Shown here in pieces: positions 10,815 to 21,100 of a stretch of 64,000 bases of DNA (the stretch's first letter is position 1; the number at the start of each line of letters is the position of its first letter). The position numbers were made by a program, and so were the translations under genes. Source of the DNA: Carpediemonas membranifera BICM (Eukaryota > Protista > Fornicata). The notes beneath the pieces were generated by a model that worked only from the letters and a program-made list of their open reading frames with translations, made no database searches and was not told the origin of the DNA. The stretch is from assembly GCA_019828565.1 (NCBI GenBank), contig JAHDYR010000005.1, forward strand, positions 1,445,992-1,509,991, given 5' to 3'.

Positions 10815-11855
10815 ATGGGCCGGGACGAATACGTCGATCCATATAGCGATGGACTTGATAAGGCGAAGCAAGCTCCGTTTTCGCGCGGAGATATGAAGTG
10901 TGGCCATCTTTTCGAGGCCACAACATACTCTGTTCGCTTTCCGACCTATCGCGAGGAGTATGTCCGCAACAACTGGGCTCAAATCAACGCTGCAATCAAA
11001 GAACTTGATCTCAAGACCGAACTGAACCTTATTGAGGGCACCATGTCCGTTGAGACCACTCGTAAGACGTGGGACCCATACTCTATCATCAAGGCCCGTG
11101 ACTTCCTCACAATGGTCGCCCGCTCTGTAGACCTCGACCATGCTTCGAAGATCCTTGAAGATGACGTGTATTACGAGATTATGGATATTTACAAGTTGTG
11201 CACCGGCGACGACGAGAAATTCCGCAAGCGTCGCCAGCGCCTGATCGGTCCCTCGGGCGCCACACTCAAGGCGATCGAAATGCTCTCGAACTGCTACGTC
11301 ATGGTGCAGGGTAAGACTGTGTGCATCATCGGAAGCCTCCACGGCATCAAGGACGTCAAGGACGTAGTCGCCGACTGCATGAAGAACATCCACCCCGTCT
11401 TTGATGTCCAGAAACTCATGGTTAAGAACGAGCTGAAGAATGACGACCGCATGTCTGACAAGGACTGGACGCATCTCTATCCCCAGCTCGAGAAGACCCA
11501 CACCGGGCATAAGAAGCCGCATAAGGTCCGTAACAAGGGCGAGTACAACCCCTTCCCCGAGCCCCAGAAGCCTAGTCGGCTGGACAAGCAGATGGAGTCT
11601 GGCGAGTACTTCATGGTCGGTGCGGGTAAGAGGAAGGCAGACCATATCCTAGAGGCACAGAAGGAGCGCAAGGACGCCGTAAGAGAGGCGGAGAAGAGCG
11701 AGAAGCGGGCTCGGACGGAGGAGATGTCAGAGAAGAAGCGGCTGAAAATGGAAAGAATGAACAAGCACGCGGGCGAGACCAAGGAGGAGCGGAACGCCCG
11801 CAAGGCCGCACGGAAGGCGGAGAAGGCTGCTATGAAGGCTGCTCGGGCTGAATGA
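10815..11855 (+). CDS. KRR1: KRR1 small-subunit processome KH-domain protein
   Basis: FPTYREEY, TTRKTWDPYSIIKARD, KRRQRLIGPSGATLKAIE, MKNIHP and YNPFPEPQKPSRLDKQMESGEYF. Confidence 0.96.
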   Translation: MGRDEYVDPYSDGLDKAKQAPFSRGDMKCGHLFEATTYSVRFPTYREEYVRNNWAQINAAIKELDLKTELNLIEGTMSVETTRKTWDPYSIIKARDFLTMVARSVDLDHASKILEDDVYYEIMDIYKLCTGDDEKFRKRRQRLIGPSGATLKAIEMLSNCYVMVQGKTVCIIGSLHGIKDVKDVVADCMKNIHPVFDVQKLMVKNELKNDDRMSDKDWTHLYPQLEKTHTGHKKPHKVRNKGEYNPFPEPQKPSRLDKQMESGEYFMVGAGKRKADHILEAQKERKDAVREAEKSEKRARTEEMSEKKRLKMERMNKHAGETKEERNARKAARKAEKAAMKAARAE

Positions 11856-12092
11856 GTTGCTGAAAGGCCACGGATTGTTAAATTGCGGATTTACGGTGTC
11901 TTCACGGTCTGTCTGAGTTGAGTCCAAGAAATTTGGGCCAAGATCGATCCGCGCAGAAGTCGCCGCAAGAGGCTTCACAGACCTCACATAGGACAACAAT
12001 GGCCCTTCTGCCAGCCTGGCGAGATAGTCCTGATTCGCAGGTGATACGGAAATCTGGAGGAAGCAGCGAATCCGATTGTGTTGACCTACACC

Positions 12093-13685
12093 ATGAACGA
12101 TCGAGATGCTTTGAAAGAGCAGCTCAAGACTGCATTTATACATACGAAACTCCTTTCATCCCAGCTGGGCGGTAATTTGCCTTCGCTTGTTCAGAACGCT
12201 TTCTATCGTGAGTTCAACTGTCCAATGAACATCCATCACGACGAGCTGCACAGAGAATCATCCGTCGATGATCTCGCTTCTATTCTCGCGAACCTCGGCC
12301 CTCTTTCCAACGCTACGGCTGCTAATCTCATCGACCATGCTCGCGCCCGAATCCCAGGCATCCCGCCCACCTCAGCGCGCACACGTGCCGTCCGCCGCGC
12401 CCTGGACCATAACCAGCTCCACACCCAGTTCTACACTACGATCTGGGCCATACTCATGGAGGCAGACGCCGACCCCGATCTCACGGACTCTGCCGATCGA
12501 TGTGAGTCCCCACGCATGGAGAAACGCTACCCTGCCCACGCCAAGTGCCTCTGGTTCCTGTGCAAGCGGTTCTTCTCTGCTCTCACAGTTGCTGAGGCCG
12601 ACGGCCGACGTCAGTCCCTCGGCAGCCCCAACCAGCCCGTGCACTTCGCCTTGTTCTCGGGCAGGCTGTTCGCTAGAGGATGGAACAAGGGCTCTGAGAC
12701 CGGTGTACTCTCCGTCGTGCCCGTCATCCGCTCCTATCGCCGCGTGGGTGTGCCCTTCGTCGAGGACCATGTTGGCTCGGGTTCGAACTCCTTTATCATC
12801 ACGCCCAAGGGCACATATCTCTGGGGCAAGAACGAGTACGGCGAGCTGGGCCTCGGCCACCGCAACCCCATGCTGCCGGCCCGGATGATGTGCCCCAGAT
12901 CCCCCGCCGTCGCGGAGATCAGGGTTCTCATGCGACCCTGGCACATCCACGACGCCGTCCCCCAAGCCCTCGTCCTCCGCCGCTGCGGGGTGCTAAACAC
13001 CACTGCCGGTCTCATTGTCGCGGGCATGAACGACGAGGGCCAGCTCGGCCTGCCCGTCGACGAGGACAAACCGTGCGTCCAGGACTTTACAGAGATCGAC
13101 CTGCCCCACCGTATGAGAGGGGCTCGTCTCCTCATACCCTCCCCAGAGGCTGAGAGGTTCGGGGTGAGGTTTGGGTCGACAGTATTCCTCCCCGGCCCAA
13201 ACGACTGCGGGCAGGCCGGGCAGGGGCATGTTCAGAGAGTCGAGTCGTTCATGGAGGTCCCCTTCGACGTCACGTGGGCCTGGCTCATGCCCAAGACCAC
13301 TGTCTTCCTCACCCGGGGCCGCATGGTCTTGGCGGGTAGGGTCACCCCGGAGCTCTCTCCTTTCACTCCCGTGGTGGAGGGCCAAAACTGCGTGACTCCC
13401 ACGACGATGGCTCTGCCCATTGATACGTCCGCCGCAGCTATCAGCGACGGCTTCATCTGCCTCGTCCGCGGCCGCACCTCTTCCGGAGTCCTCGTGACCT
13501 CCGACGGCCCTGTTGCATGGACCCACCCCGCCCCCGTCACCCACGTCATTTACAACACGCTGGCAGGGTATTTCTTGGAGACTGAAGGTGAATGGACTCA
13601 GATCACGGCTGGCGAGCTCATGGGGGCCGAACTCCCCGCATTGGACAGGAATTTGGACGTCAGTCTCGTTCCTGTGGGCGTGTAG
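12093..13685 (+). CDS. RCC1-repeat (beta-propeller) family protein, divergent
   Basis: WGKNEYGELGLG, AGMNDEGQLGL and GPNDCGQAGQG RCC1 repeat motifs. Confidence 0.75.
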   Translation: MNDRDALKEQLKTAFIHTKLLSSQLGGNLPSLVQNAFYREFNCPMNIHHDELHRESSVDDLASILANLGPLSNATAANLIDHARARIPGIPPTSARTRAVRRALDHNQLHTQFYTTIWAILMEADADPDLTDSADRCESPRMEKRYPAHAKCLWFLCKRFFSALTVAEADGRRQSLGSPNQPVHFALFSGRLFARGWNKGSETGVLSVVPVIRSYRRVGVPFVEDHVGSGSNSFIITPKGTYLWGKNEYGELGLGHRNPMLPARMMCPRSPAVAEIRVLMRPWHIHDAVPQALVLRRCGVLNTTAGLIVAGMNDEGQLGLPVDEDKPCVQDFTEIDLPHRMRGARLLIPSPEAERFGVRFGSTVFLPGPNDCGQAGQGHVQRVESFMEVPFDVTWAWLMPKTTVFLTRGRMVLAGRVTPELSPFTPVVEGQNCVTPTTMALPIDTSAAAISDGFICLVRGRTSSGVLVTSDGPVAWTHPAPVTHVIYNTLAGYFLETEGEWTQITAGELMGAELPALDRNLDVSLVPVGV

Positions 13686-13775
13686 TAGCGGTTTACGGGT
13701 CGTTTTAATGAACTGTGGCTTATTATGAACATAAATAAACTGATTGGTCGTGGTTCGCGAGAAAAAAGTCGGGTT

Positions 13776-14918
13776 TTAATTCTTGGCGACGTGGGAGAAG
13801 CAGTCGACGAAATCAGCAAAAGAGGCCGACCCCGGATGGTTCTTGAGCTTGGCCGCGTTGGTGCTCATAGCCTTTGCATACTCCTCCACCTGCTCCGCTG
13901 AAATGTCCGCCTTGAGACCGGGGCATATTTCTTGAAGCAGAGCATCAAACTGCTCAATCGAGTCCATGCCAACCATCGCAAGAACCTCTGCCACGCGAGC
14001 CGCGAGCCTCTCCTCGCGCATGCACATTTTCATATAGGGAGCGTATGTAGCTAGGTTCGCCTTGCCGTGCGGCATACCATGGGAATACGTGAGAACGTAG
14101 CCCATACCGTGGGGCAGGGACGTAGCGGTCTGGGTGATCGTGATACCGCCCAGAGTCGATGCGGCCATCCACTTGGCACGGGTGTCGAAGGAAGGCTCCG
14201 CGGTGAACACAGCGCGAAGAGCGGGAAGAGTCTCGGCAAAAAGACGCATGCCGGCCAGGGCGGTGGCGTCGGAGGTAGGGGTAGCGTTGGTACCGAGGTA
14301 GCCTTCGAAGTTGTGGCTGAATGCGTCCAGCACGGTGCTCATGGTCACGTCGGCGGGCAGGCTCTTTGTGTAGCGAGCGTCCATGAGAGAAATAGTGGGG
14401 AACACCCGTTCGGGGATGGATAGCTTGGTGCCGAAGTCGTGGTAGGTCAGGATGGAGAAGGGAGTGGCCTCAGTGCCTGTTCCCGCGGTAGTCGGCACGG
14501 CGACGAGGGGAATCATGTCCGTCGGCCCGATCTTAGTCATCCCGGTGCCGAGGTTGCCCTTAAGGCCGATAGAGATGGCCTTGGCAGCATCAATGGGGCT
14601 GCCACCGCCGATGGCGACGATGTAATCAGGGCAGTGGTCCTTGTGGGCCGCGATGGCCGCATTCACAGAGTCGATGGAGGGATTCTGCTCGATCTGGTCG
14701 AAGACGGCGTACTCAATGTCGTTTTCCTTGAAGAAGGAAGCAAGATCGTCCCATGCTCCGCTGCGCTGGGCCGAAGAACCACCAGTGATCACAAGGAAAC
14801 GCTTGCCCAGGGAAAGGAGACGTTCTTTCGCGATTTCAAAGACGTTATGCTCCTCGGTGGCGAAGATAGGTTCAGTGGGGAGAATAGAGGAGCTGAAGTG
14901 CTCTGTGATCGATACCAT
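13776..14918 (-). CDS. Iron-containing alcohol dehydrogenase (bacterial-type)
   Basis: IGGGSPIDAAKAI, PTTAGTGTEAT, DAFSHNFEGY, TSLPHGMGY and HGMPHGKAN metal-binding motifs. Likely start MVSITEHF at 14918. Confidence 0.92.
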   Translation of the reverse strand: MVSITEHFSSSILPTEPIFATEEHNVFEIAKERLLSLGKRFLVITGGSSAQRSGAWDDLASFFKENDIEYAVFDQIEQNPSIDSVNAAIAAHKDHCPDYIVAIGGGSPIDAAKAISIGLKGNLGTGMTKIGPTDMIPLVAVPTTAGTGTEATPFSILTYHDFGTKLSIPERVFPTISLMDARYTKSLPADVTMSTVLDAFSHNFEGYLGTNATPTSDATALAGMRLFAETLPALRAVFTAEPSFDTRAKWMAASTLGGITITQTATSLPHGMGYVLTYSHGMPHGKANLATYAPYMKMCMREERLAARVAEVLAMVGMDSIEQFDALLQEICPGLKADISAEQVEEYAKAMSTNAAKLKNHPGSASFADFVDCFSHVAKN

Positions 14919-15049
14919 TCGGCTGTTCGGTTCTTTCTTCGAGTCGCGAAGGGTCACGCCGACACAACCTGCGCCAGCACAGCGTATGACGGCGTAGACA
15001 TGACTGGGTATCACATCTCCAACGCAGCTCAAATATGGCGGCGTAGTAA

Positions 15050-15289
15050 GCACTTGACTATTCTGAAGTTCACCGTCGTAAGGCTCATCACACTTGCCCT
15101 AGCACTCTGCCCTAGTAAGCCCAGAAGCAAGGGACATGACCATGGTGTGCTGCGCAGGATTAGAATTGTTGAGTCCAAAACACACAGTGATCCGAGCAGC
15201 ATCAGGATCGCAGTGTGGTTCATCATACTCTATCAATCGTGCGCTGCATATCACGCGCGCTGCAGCGCGTGCTTGCTCAACTTAGCAAG
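15050..15289 (-). ncRNA. Candidate Fanzor omegaRNA (structured 3' flank)
   Basis: Directly after the Fanzor stop codon are consecutive hairpins (15272-15289, 15252-15271, 15181-15217), then a 35-nt motif (15145-15179) shared with other loci in the window. The position matches where TnpB/Fanzor guide RNAs are encoded. Ends are unknown. Confidence 0.5.
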
Positions 15290-16245
15290 TTAATGATAGC
15301 AAGGAAGAGCACCTCTCTGGGAGTCGTAGTGGAAAGGAGATTGCTCTATCTGATCTGAAGTTGCATCGAAGGAGCACCAAAGGATGTTCTCGCTGGTGCT
15401 CTTATCTCGGTGAGAGAGATTGAGAAGTATGTCTCTCTGCTCGGGATGCCGACGAAGCCGTTCAACGTGCCATGGAGCTCCCTCGCACGCGGGATTCTGG
15501 CAGAGCATGGTGCGGTGTGTGTGCACCACACGTCTGAAGTGTGCTTTGCAGTATGGGCACACGATGGAAGTGCGGAATTCCGAAACCATGTGCGCACTCA
15601 CGACGACGTTGTGCCGGAGCATGATGCCAGGAAGTGCTCGAGCAAAGTGGCGGTACGGAGCACACGAGGGAGTGCCGGCGGAACCGAACAGTGCAGCCCC
15701 ATACGCGACTTTGAGGTGAATGGGCTCCGGGGGCGCCCGCCGAGATCATCCAGGAGTTGACGTCCAGCCCGGGCGAAGTGCTTCAGGCGCATACAGTGAT
15801 TGGCAAAAGTCGCACGGCGGAAACACTTTCTCGTCCCCTCGTTGATGATCTGAACGATGTTCTCATGGACAAACCTAATCGACTGTTTGAGAGCCTCTAG
15901 ACTTGTCGTTTTGAACGATGCTGCGCTCATATTCACGCGGAAAGAGGGGGTGGCAGTGTAGCCACACTTAGCGAGTACGCCAGATACACTCTGCCCGTCT
16001 GGGCGGCGGATCGTGTAGCCGCCCAGCGACCGAGCACCAGGGTCGAAGCCCATGAGAGCTTGAATGTGCGGGGCAGGAGTAGCTTCGGCGTCATCCTGAC
16101 CGAGCCGAGCCCGCTTGTTATTGCTACCCTTTTTGTACGTGGGCCGGTCAGCCACCCGACCGCCACTGTATTTCTCGCGACCCACCCAAACCGTCACAGC
16201 AACGGAGACCCCGTCTGTCTTCACAGAGAGCACTGCATCGATCAT
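15290..16245 (-). mobile_element. Fanzor (eukaryotic TnpB-like RNA-guided RuvC nuclease), 5'-truncated, one frameshift at G-run 15729-15733
   Basis: KTDGVSVAV; RuvC-I GFDPG (D codon 16042-16044). After adding one base: KVAYGAALFG; RuvC-II VSEFRTS (E codon 15578-15580) directly before the Zn finger CPYC...CQNPAC; RuvC-III HRDKSTSENI (D codon 15404-15406). The repaired ORF is 318 aa. Confidence 0.88.
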
Positions 16246-16463
16246 TTCTTTTCAGGGTTCATCAGCTGGCAGCATCCCTCAAAACACAAGAAACCAGCAT
16301 CATACAGCACAAAGCGTCTTTACTACTAGCTACAACCGCTTTCCACCACTAGTGTCTCTCACAACAGACGAAGATGACGAAGACGACGACGTCATGAGCT
16401 TCAGACGCCGGCAATGGACGACAGATGAGCGCGTAACAGACGAGCACAGACGCGAAAGAAGAC

Positions 16464-16693
16464 AGCAGCGTTCGACACAGACGATGGACGACAGACGACG
16501 CATCTTTTCGTGCAGACCGACGACTGAAAGCACGACAGACCGATTGTACAGACAATGGCTGAAGAGGGTGAGTGGAGGTAGTGTGCCGCGCAGGATTAGA
16601 ATACTTGAGTCTAAATCTCTGGAGTTCATCCCAGGGGGGTCGACAGCTTAAGTCACCTTTACATGAATCCTCCACATAAACCCTCTAAATACC
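16464..16693. repeat. Dispersed ~230 bp repeat, copy 1 (putative non-autonomous Fanzor-associated element)
   Basis: Near-identical to 48727-48963. Contains 16581-16615, 31/35 identical to the motif in the Fanzor 3' flank. Confidence 0.9.
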
Positions 16694-16722
16694 ACACATG
16701 GCTAGTCCTTAAAATGCACAGT

Positions 16723-18081
16723 ATGACCTCCGCCGTTGAGAGCAATGGAGAGGTGGAAAAGCCCGCATGGAAGTTCTTCGTGAAGTCCTGGGGCTGTTCA
16801 TCCAATTTCTCCGACGGAGAGGTCATGGCCGGTGTTCTTAAGAGCGCAGGCTTTGAACTCGTGCCCGATTGGAGCGAAGCGGACGTTGTCGTTGCCAATA
16901 GCTGCACCGTGGTTAATCCCAGCGAGCTTCACTTCTGGACGTTTGTCAAACAATGCGTGGAGTCCAACAAGAGCCTTGTTCTTGCCGGCTGCGTCCTTCA
17001 GGCTGAGAACAGGCCGCTCGACGCCGCCCTGCCCATCTGGCTCCGCCCATTCAAGGCCCAGATAGCGGTACTTGGCCCTCGCCAACTCACCACTGTCGCT
17101 GCCGCCGCCGCCCAGCTCCTGACCGGTGAATGCGGGACGATGCCAATCAACCTGGGCGATGACGGCATACCGCAAGCCCCGCCAAAGATCAGGGGCAACT
17201 GTAGGGTCGAGATTGTGCCAATATGTTATGGATGTCGCGGTGCATGCACATATTGCAAGACTCGGTTTGCTAGAGGAGCGCTCAAGTCCAAACCGATCGC
17301 CCAAATCGTCGAGGAGGCGAAGCAGGCGTATCCGTTCACTGAGCTATGGCTGACTGGCCAGGACACCAGTGCCTACGGCCTCGACATCGACGCCTCTGTA
17401 CCTCAGCTCATCGACGCGCTGATCTCAGCCCTGCCTGATCATATCAAGATCCGTATCGGCATGGCGAATCCAGATCATATCTTGCCCGACTTGGGTAATT
17501 GGACAAGGATGTTTATGAACCACCCCCAGCTCTACCGCTTCCTCCATTTGCCGGTACAAAGTGGTAGCAATGCCGTGCTGAAGCGAATGAACAGAAAGTA
17601 CACAGCAGAACAGTTCGAGCAGCTTGTGGACGGTCTGCGAGCGGCTGTCCCAGATATTACCATCATGACGGATGTGATAGCCGGCTTTCCGGGCGAGACC
17701 GACGAGGATTGGGTTCAGACGCTGGCATTGCTGACTAAGCTTCAACTTCCATTCGTCAACATCACCCGGTTCTACTCTAGGCCCCACACTCCTGCTGCTA
17801 AGATGAAGCAGGTCGATTCAAAGGTCACGAAGCGGCGCACGAAAGAGTTGACAGGCTTGGACACGAGAAAGGCTACACTAGACGCGCTAGTAGGCCATAA
17901 TATGCCTGTGGTCGTCACTGACCGAGCGTACAAGGGCAGTTTGATGGTTGGCCACACCCCATGCTATATCCAGGTGCTTCTCCCGCTTGATGAGGCGCTG
18001 CTCGAAGCGGGGGCGACAGTTCAGGCGGAGATCGTGAGCGCGGGGGCATGGAGCGTCGAGGGGCGTGTTATCAAGCAGTAA
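16723..18081 (+). CDS. CDKAL1: tRNA threonylcarbamoyladenosine methylthiotransferase (CDKAL1/e-MtaB), radical SAM
   Basis: UPF0004 domain (WGCSSNFSDGEVM, NSCTV, AGCV), CRGACTYC radical-SAM motif, FLHLPVQSGS, DVIAGFPGET and a C-terminal TRAM domain. The ORF-track start at 16663 lies inside the repeat, so 16714 or 16723 is more likely. Confidence 0.9.
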   Translation: MTSAVESNGEVEKPAWKFFVKSWGCSSNFSDGEVMAGVLKSAGFELVPDWSEADVVVANSCTVVNPSELHFWTFVKQCVESNKSLVLAGCVLQAENRPLDAALPIWLRPFKAQIAVLGPRQLTTVAAAAAQLLTGECGTMPINLGDDGIPQAPPKIRGNCRVEIVPICYGCRGACTYCKTRFARGALKSKPIAQIVEEAKQAYPFTELWLTGQDTSAYGLDIDASVPQLIDALISALPDHIKIRIGMANPDHILPDLGNWTRMFMNHPQLYRFLHLPVQSGSNAVLKRMNRKYTAEQFEQLVDGLRAAVPDITIMTDVIAGFPGETDEDWVQTLALLTKLQLPFVNITRFYSRPHTPAAKMKQVDSKVTKRRTKELTGLDTRKATLDALVGHNMPVVVTDRAYKGSLMVGHTPCYIQVLLPLDEALLEAGATVQAEIVSAGAWSVEGRVIKQ

Positions 18082-18183
18082 ATGCTGCGGGTAGGCTGAG
18101 CGGTTTCTTGACAGCCTGCTCGAGTCGTCGTAAAGTTCAAAAAGTCCAAATTAATTGATCAATATCAATCACACTTTATCACA

Positions 18184-21100
18184 CTAATCCTTAGCAAGCA
18201 ACAGGCCAACGCCAGCGAGCACCCACTTGTGTGCGGGCTGCCCGCCCGACCTGATGCCAAACGTCCACACCGTCGGGCCACGCTGCCTGGTGGAGTAAAT
18301 CGGGCATGTGTAGATATCTCTGGTATCCTTCTTATCCATGGTCACCGCCTTGCAGTGGATGACGGGCACGGCGGGGTAGAGGTCCTTGAGCCTCGAGTCG
18401 GCGAGGCCGCCAATCTTAGAATCCCACCGGCAGCCCTCGAGGTAAAGGCCGTGGATGTAAGCTCCGTCGCGGGGACCGGCAGCGATGTCTTCAGACCACT
18501 TCTTCGTCACATCGGTGTTAATGGTCATGCGATCGAGCGGCCATTCATTGCGGCGTGCAGTGGTCTGCTGGATCGCAGTAAGGAAGGACGCGGGGTTAAA
18601 CAGACCGCCTAGCCAGACCGACTTGGGCAGAGTCACGTCCGCCGACCAGTCCTGGAGCTGCCGCACTCTGGCCTGGAGGTCGGTAAACCAGATAGCGAGG
18701 GCCTTGAGAGAGGGGTAAGCCACGCGCTCCCAGGAGGTTGGCACCGTGTTGAGGAACATGCTCTGGATGAGGGCCTCCATGGCCTCGGTGATCGTGAGGT
18801 CGCCGTTGAGTCCGAGCGTCAGGTTCCTCATGGACGTGCGCATCTCTGCCAAGAGGATATTCATGCGGTCACACTCTTGGAGAAGCACAGAGTTGTATGG
18901 AGTCCGCTGCTCGATGCGCTCCATGATCGAGTACGTGTCGAAGGCCTCCGGCATGAGATCGAGCATATCCTCCAGAGTCTTGCGGACAATCTCCTCGCGA
19001 GACATGCCGCCTGCAGCACCAGATACGCGTGGCTGCATCGCAAGAATCGTGTTGAACATCTCGCCCGACTGCTCAGTGAGGAAGCCGAGCTCTGCGTTGG
19101 GATGGAGGCCGAACATCTTGGGGGATTCCTCAGGCAGCTGCTCCTCGATGTAGGCGACGTACTCATCGTACGAGATGGCAGGGGGTGCCTTGAATCCGGG
19201 GCAGAGTTCAAAGTCCTCGAAGAGGGTGTCTTGCATGTAGACATCAAGGTAAGTGTTGACCACACGACGATCCCAATCATTAGATACATGACCGCCGTAA
19301 ATGATCTCACCAAAGAGATACTTGAGGTCATCCCAGGGCACGTTCGAGTTGGATTCGAGGTAGTTGTAGAGAACGTTGGCCGAGAAGGTGAGGTCGCCCG
19401 TGTTGAATGGATAAGCAATGCTGAAGCCGAGCTTGTACTTGCGGCGCTCGAGGATGGATGAGTGGAAGAAGCAAAGCATGAAGAGAATGCTCTTGAACTC
19501 GTTCGCCTTGGAGCACATCTCGAGCGTGTCCTGGTCGAAGTTGGCGATCGCACGCTTCATGTTAGCCTTCACGCCGCGAGGGGGCTCGTTAGTGAGCTTG
19601 ATACAGGCCTGGAGGATGCCCTGAGGGATGGCGTTGCTCGGTTCGGCAGTCAGGAACAATCTGAACTGTGGATGGGCGTCCTCGCTGCAACACTGCTCCA
19701 TGATCTTCTCGAGCTTGGGGAGCCAGCGCACCATGAGGTGGATGTTCTGGAGAATGACGATATGGCCGAGCTGGGAGCCGCGTTCGAGCGCTCTCTCTGC
19801 GATGGGCTCCTGGCCCTGACCGAGGGCGACGTTAGAGAGATTTCCCTTCTCTGCAGAGTAGCCTAGCTTGGCGCCGAGCGTCTCAAAGTCCTTGACTGGG
19901 TCCACACCCGCAGAGAGGATGAAGAACAGCGGGTCCGCGGGCGTCATGATCTTGAACGTCCCGGGGAGATCGTAATCAGTGCCGTTGACGTACTTCGTCC
20001 CGAGGTGGTCGTCGAGGTAGTCGTATAGGGCATACGTCAGCCTGTCGGGGCGGAGGCAGCGGAGGATGAGCATGCGTTGGAAGGCGTCCCGGTTCTTCCA
20101 ATCCTGGGGTAGCTTGGTCTTCTCGGGAGCCTCCGCGTCAGCCCACTCGCGCCACCGCTTAGAGGATCCGGCCACGTCGTCTGCGAGCTTGGTGAAGATG
20201 TCGCTGATCTCCGACAGCCCGACGATCTGCTGCCATGCTTCCATCGAGCACCAGTCGTCGATGGGGTTGTCGGGGCGTCGGATCGAGGGCGTGGCTCTCA
20301 GCAAGAAGTCGAGCTCCTCGGGTGGAAGGGTGCCAGCCGCGGTCATGATCCGGAAGCACAGCTGGGTCATGAAGATGAGCTTGTGCTTCTCGAACAGACC
20401 CATAGAGGTATAGCAGTAAATCAAGAAGGTGATCTCCTCGGTGAGGATCTTCACGCGCTCCTCGACCTCTTCGCAAGCTGGTGACGCGGCGATGGCTCTG
20501 TAGAACACGGCGATGAACGCCTTGAGACTGTACTGGTACATGTGGTCGATTTTCGAGAGATCCGTGAGCAGGAAGTAGAGCAGGGATGACCGAGCGGCGA
20601 CGGGGCGGTAGAGCTCTCGCGTGGCGTTGAGGTCCTTCTCAGTGACGATGGCGAGCTTCACCTTCTCGTTGACTTCGGCTGAAGTGGCCTTGGTCTTCTC
20701 GAGGTTCTCGATCAGCTCGATATTTGACAGAATATCACCAGTGGCGTTGGAGAGATTCGTCAGCAGCGAGTCCTCGAGCTCCTTGAGGAGGATCTTGTAC
20801 TCGTTCTGCTCCCTCATGAGGCTCGTCATCTGCTCCTCGAGCTCAGGCCGCTCCTCCTTGACGACGAGGCCGAGTAGCTGGTCCTCCAGGCCGTCTGGGG
20901 TGACTGTGAAGTTAATGAGGGTGGTCTGGGCCTGGATCTCGGGGGTGTAGTGCGGGTTGGGCATCTTGGTCTGGATGAAGAGTTCGAAGCGTTGGTCGTA
21001 CTCGATCTGCTTGTCTCCGATCCTGATGAAGTAGGTGCGGCCCTTGCGGGTGACCTGGCGACCGATGACGGGGTCGAGCACGGCGTCGATCTTCTCAGCG

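Noticed and set aside
15729-15733. Programmed ribosomal frameshift in the Fanzor ORF
   Set aside because: There is no canonical slippery heptamer; a homopolymer error or ordinary mutation is simpler.
16115-16651. 178-aa + strand ORF as the Fanzor's transposase
   Set aside because: It has a non-ATG start, is low-complexity, overlaps the repeat and shows no DDE, HUH or serine-recombinase motif.
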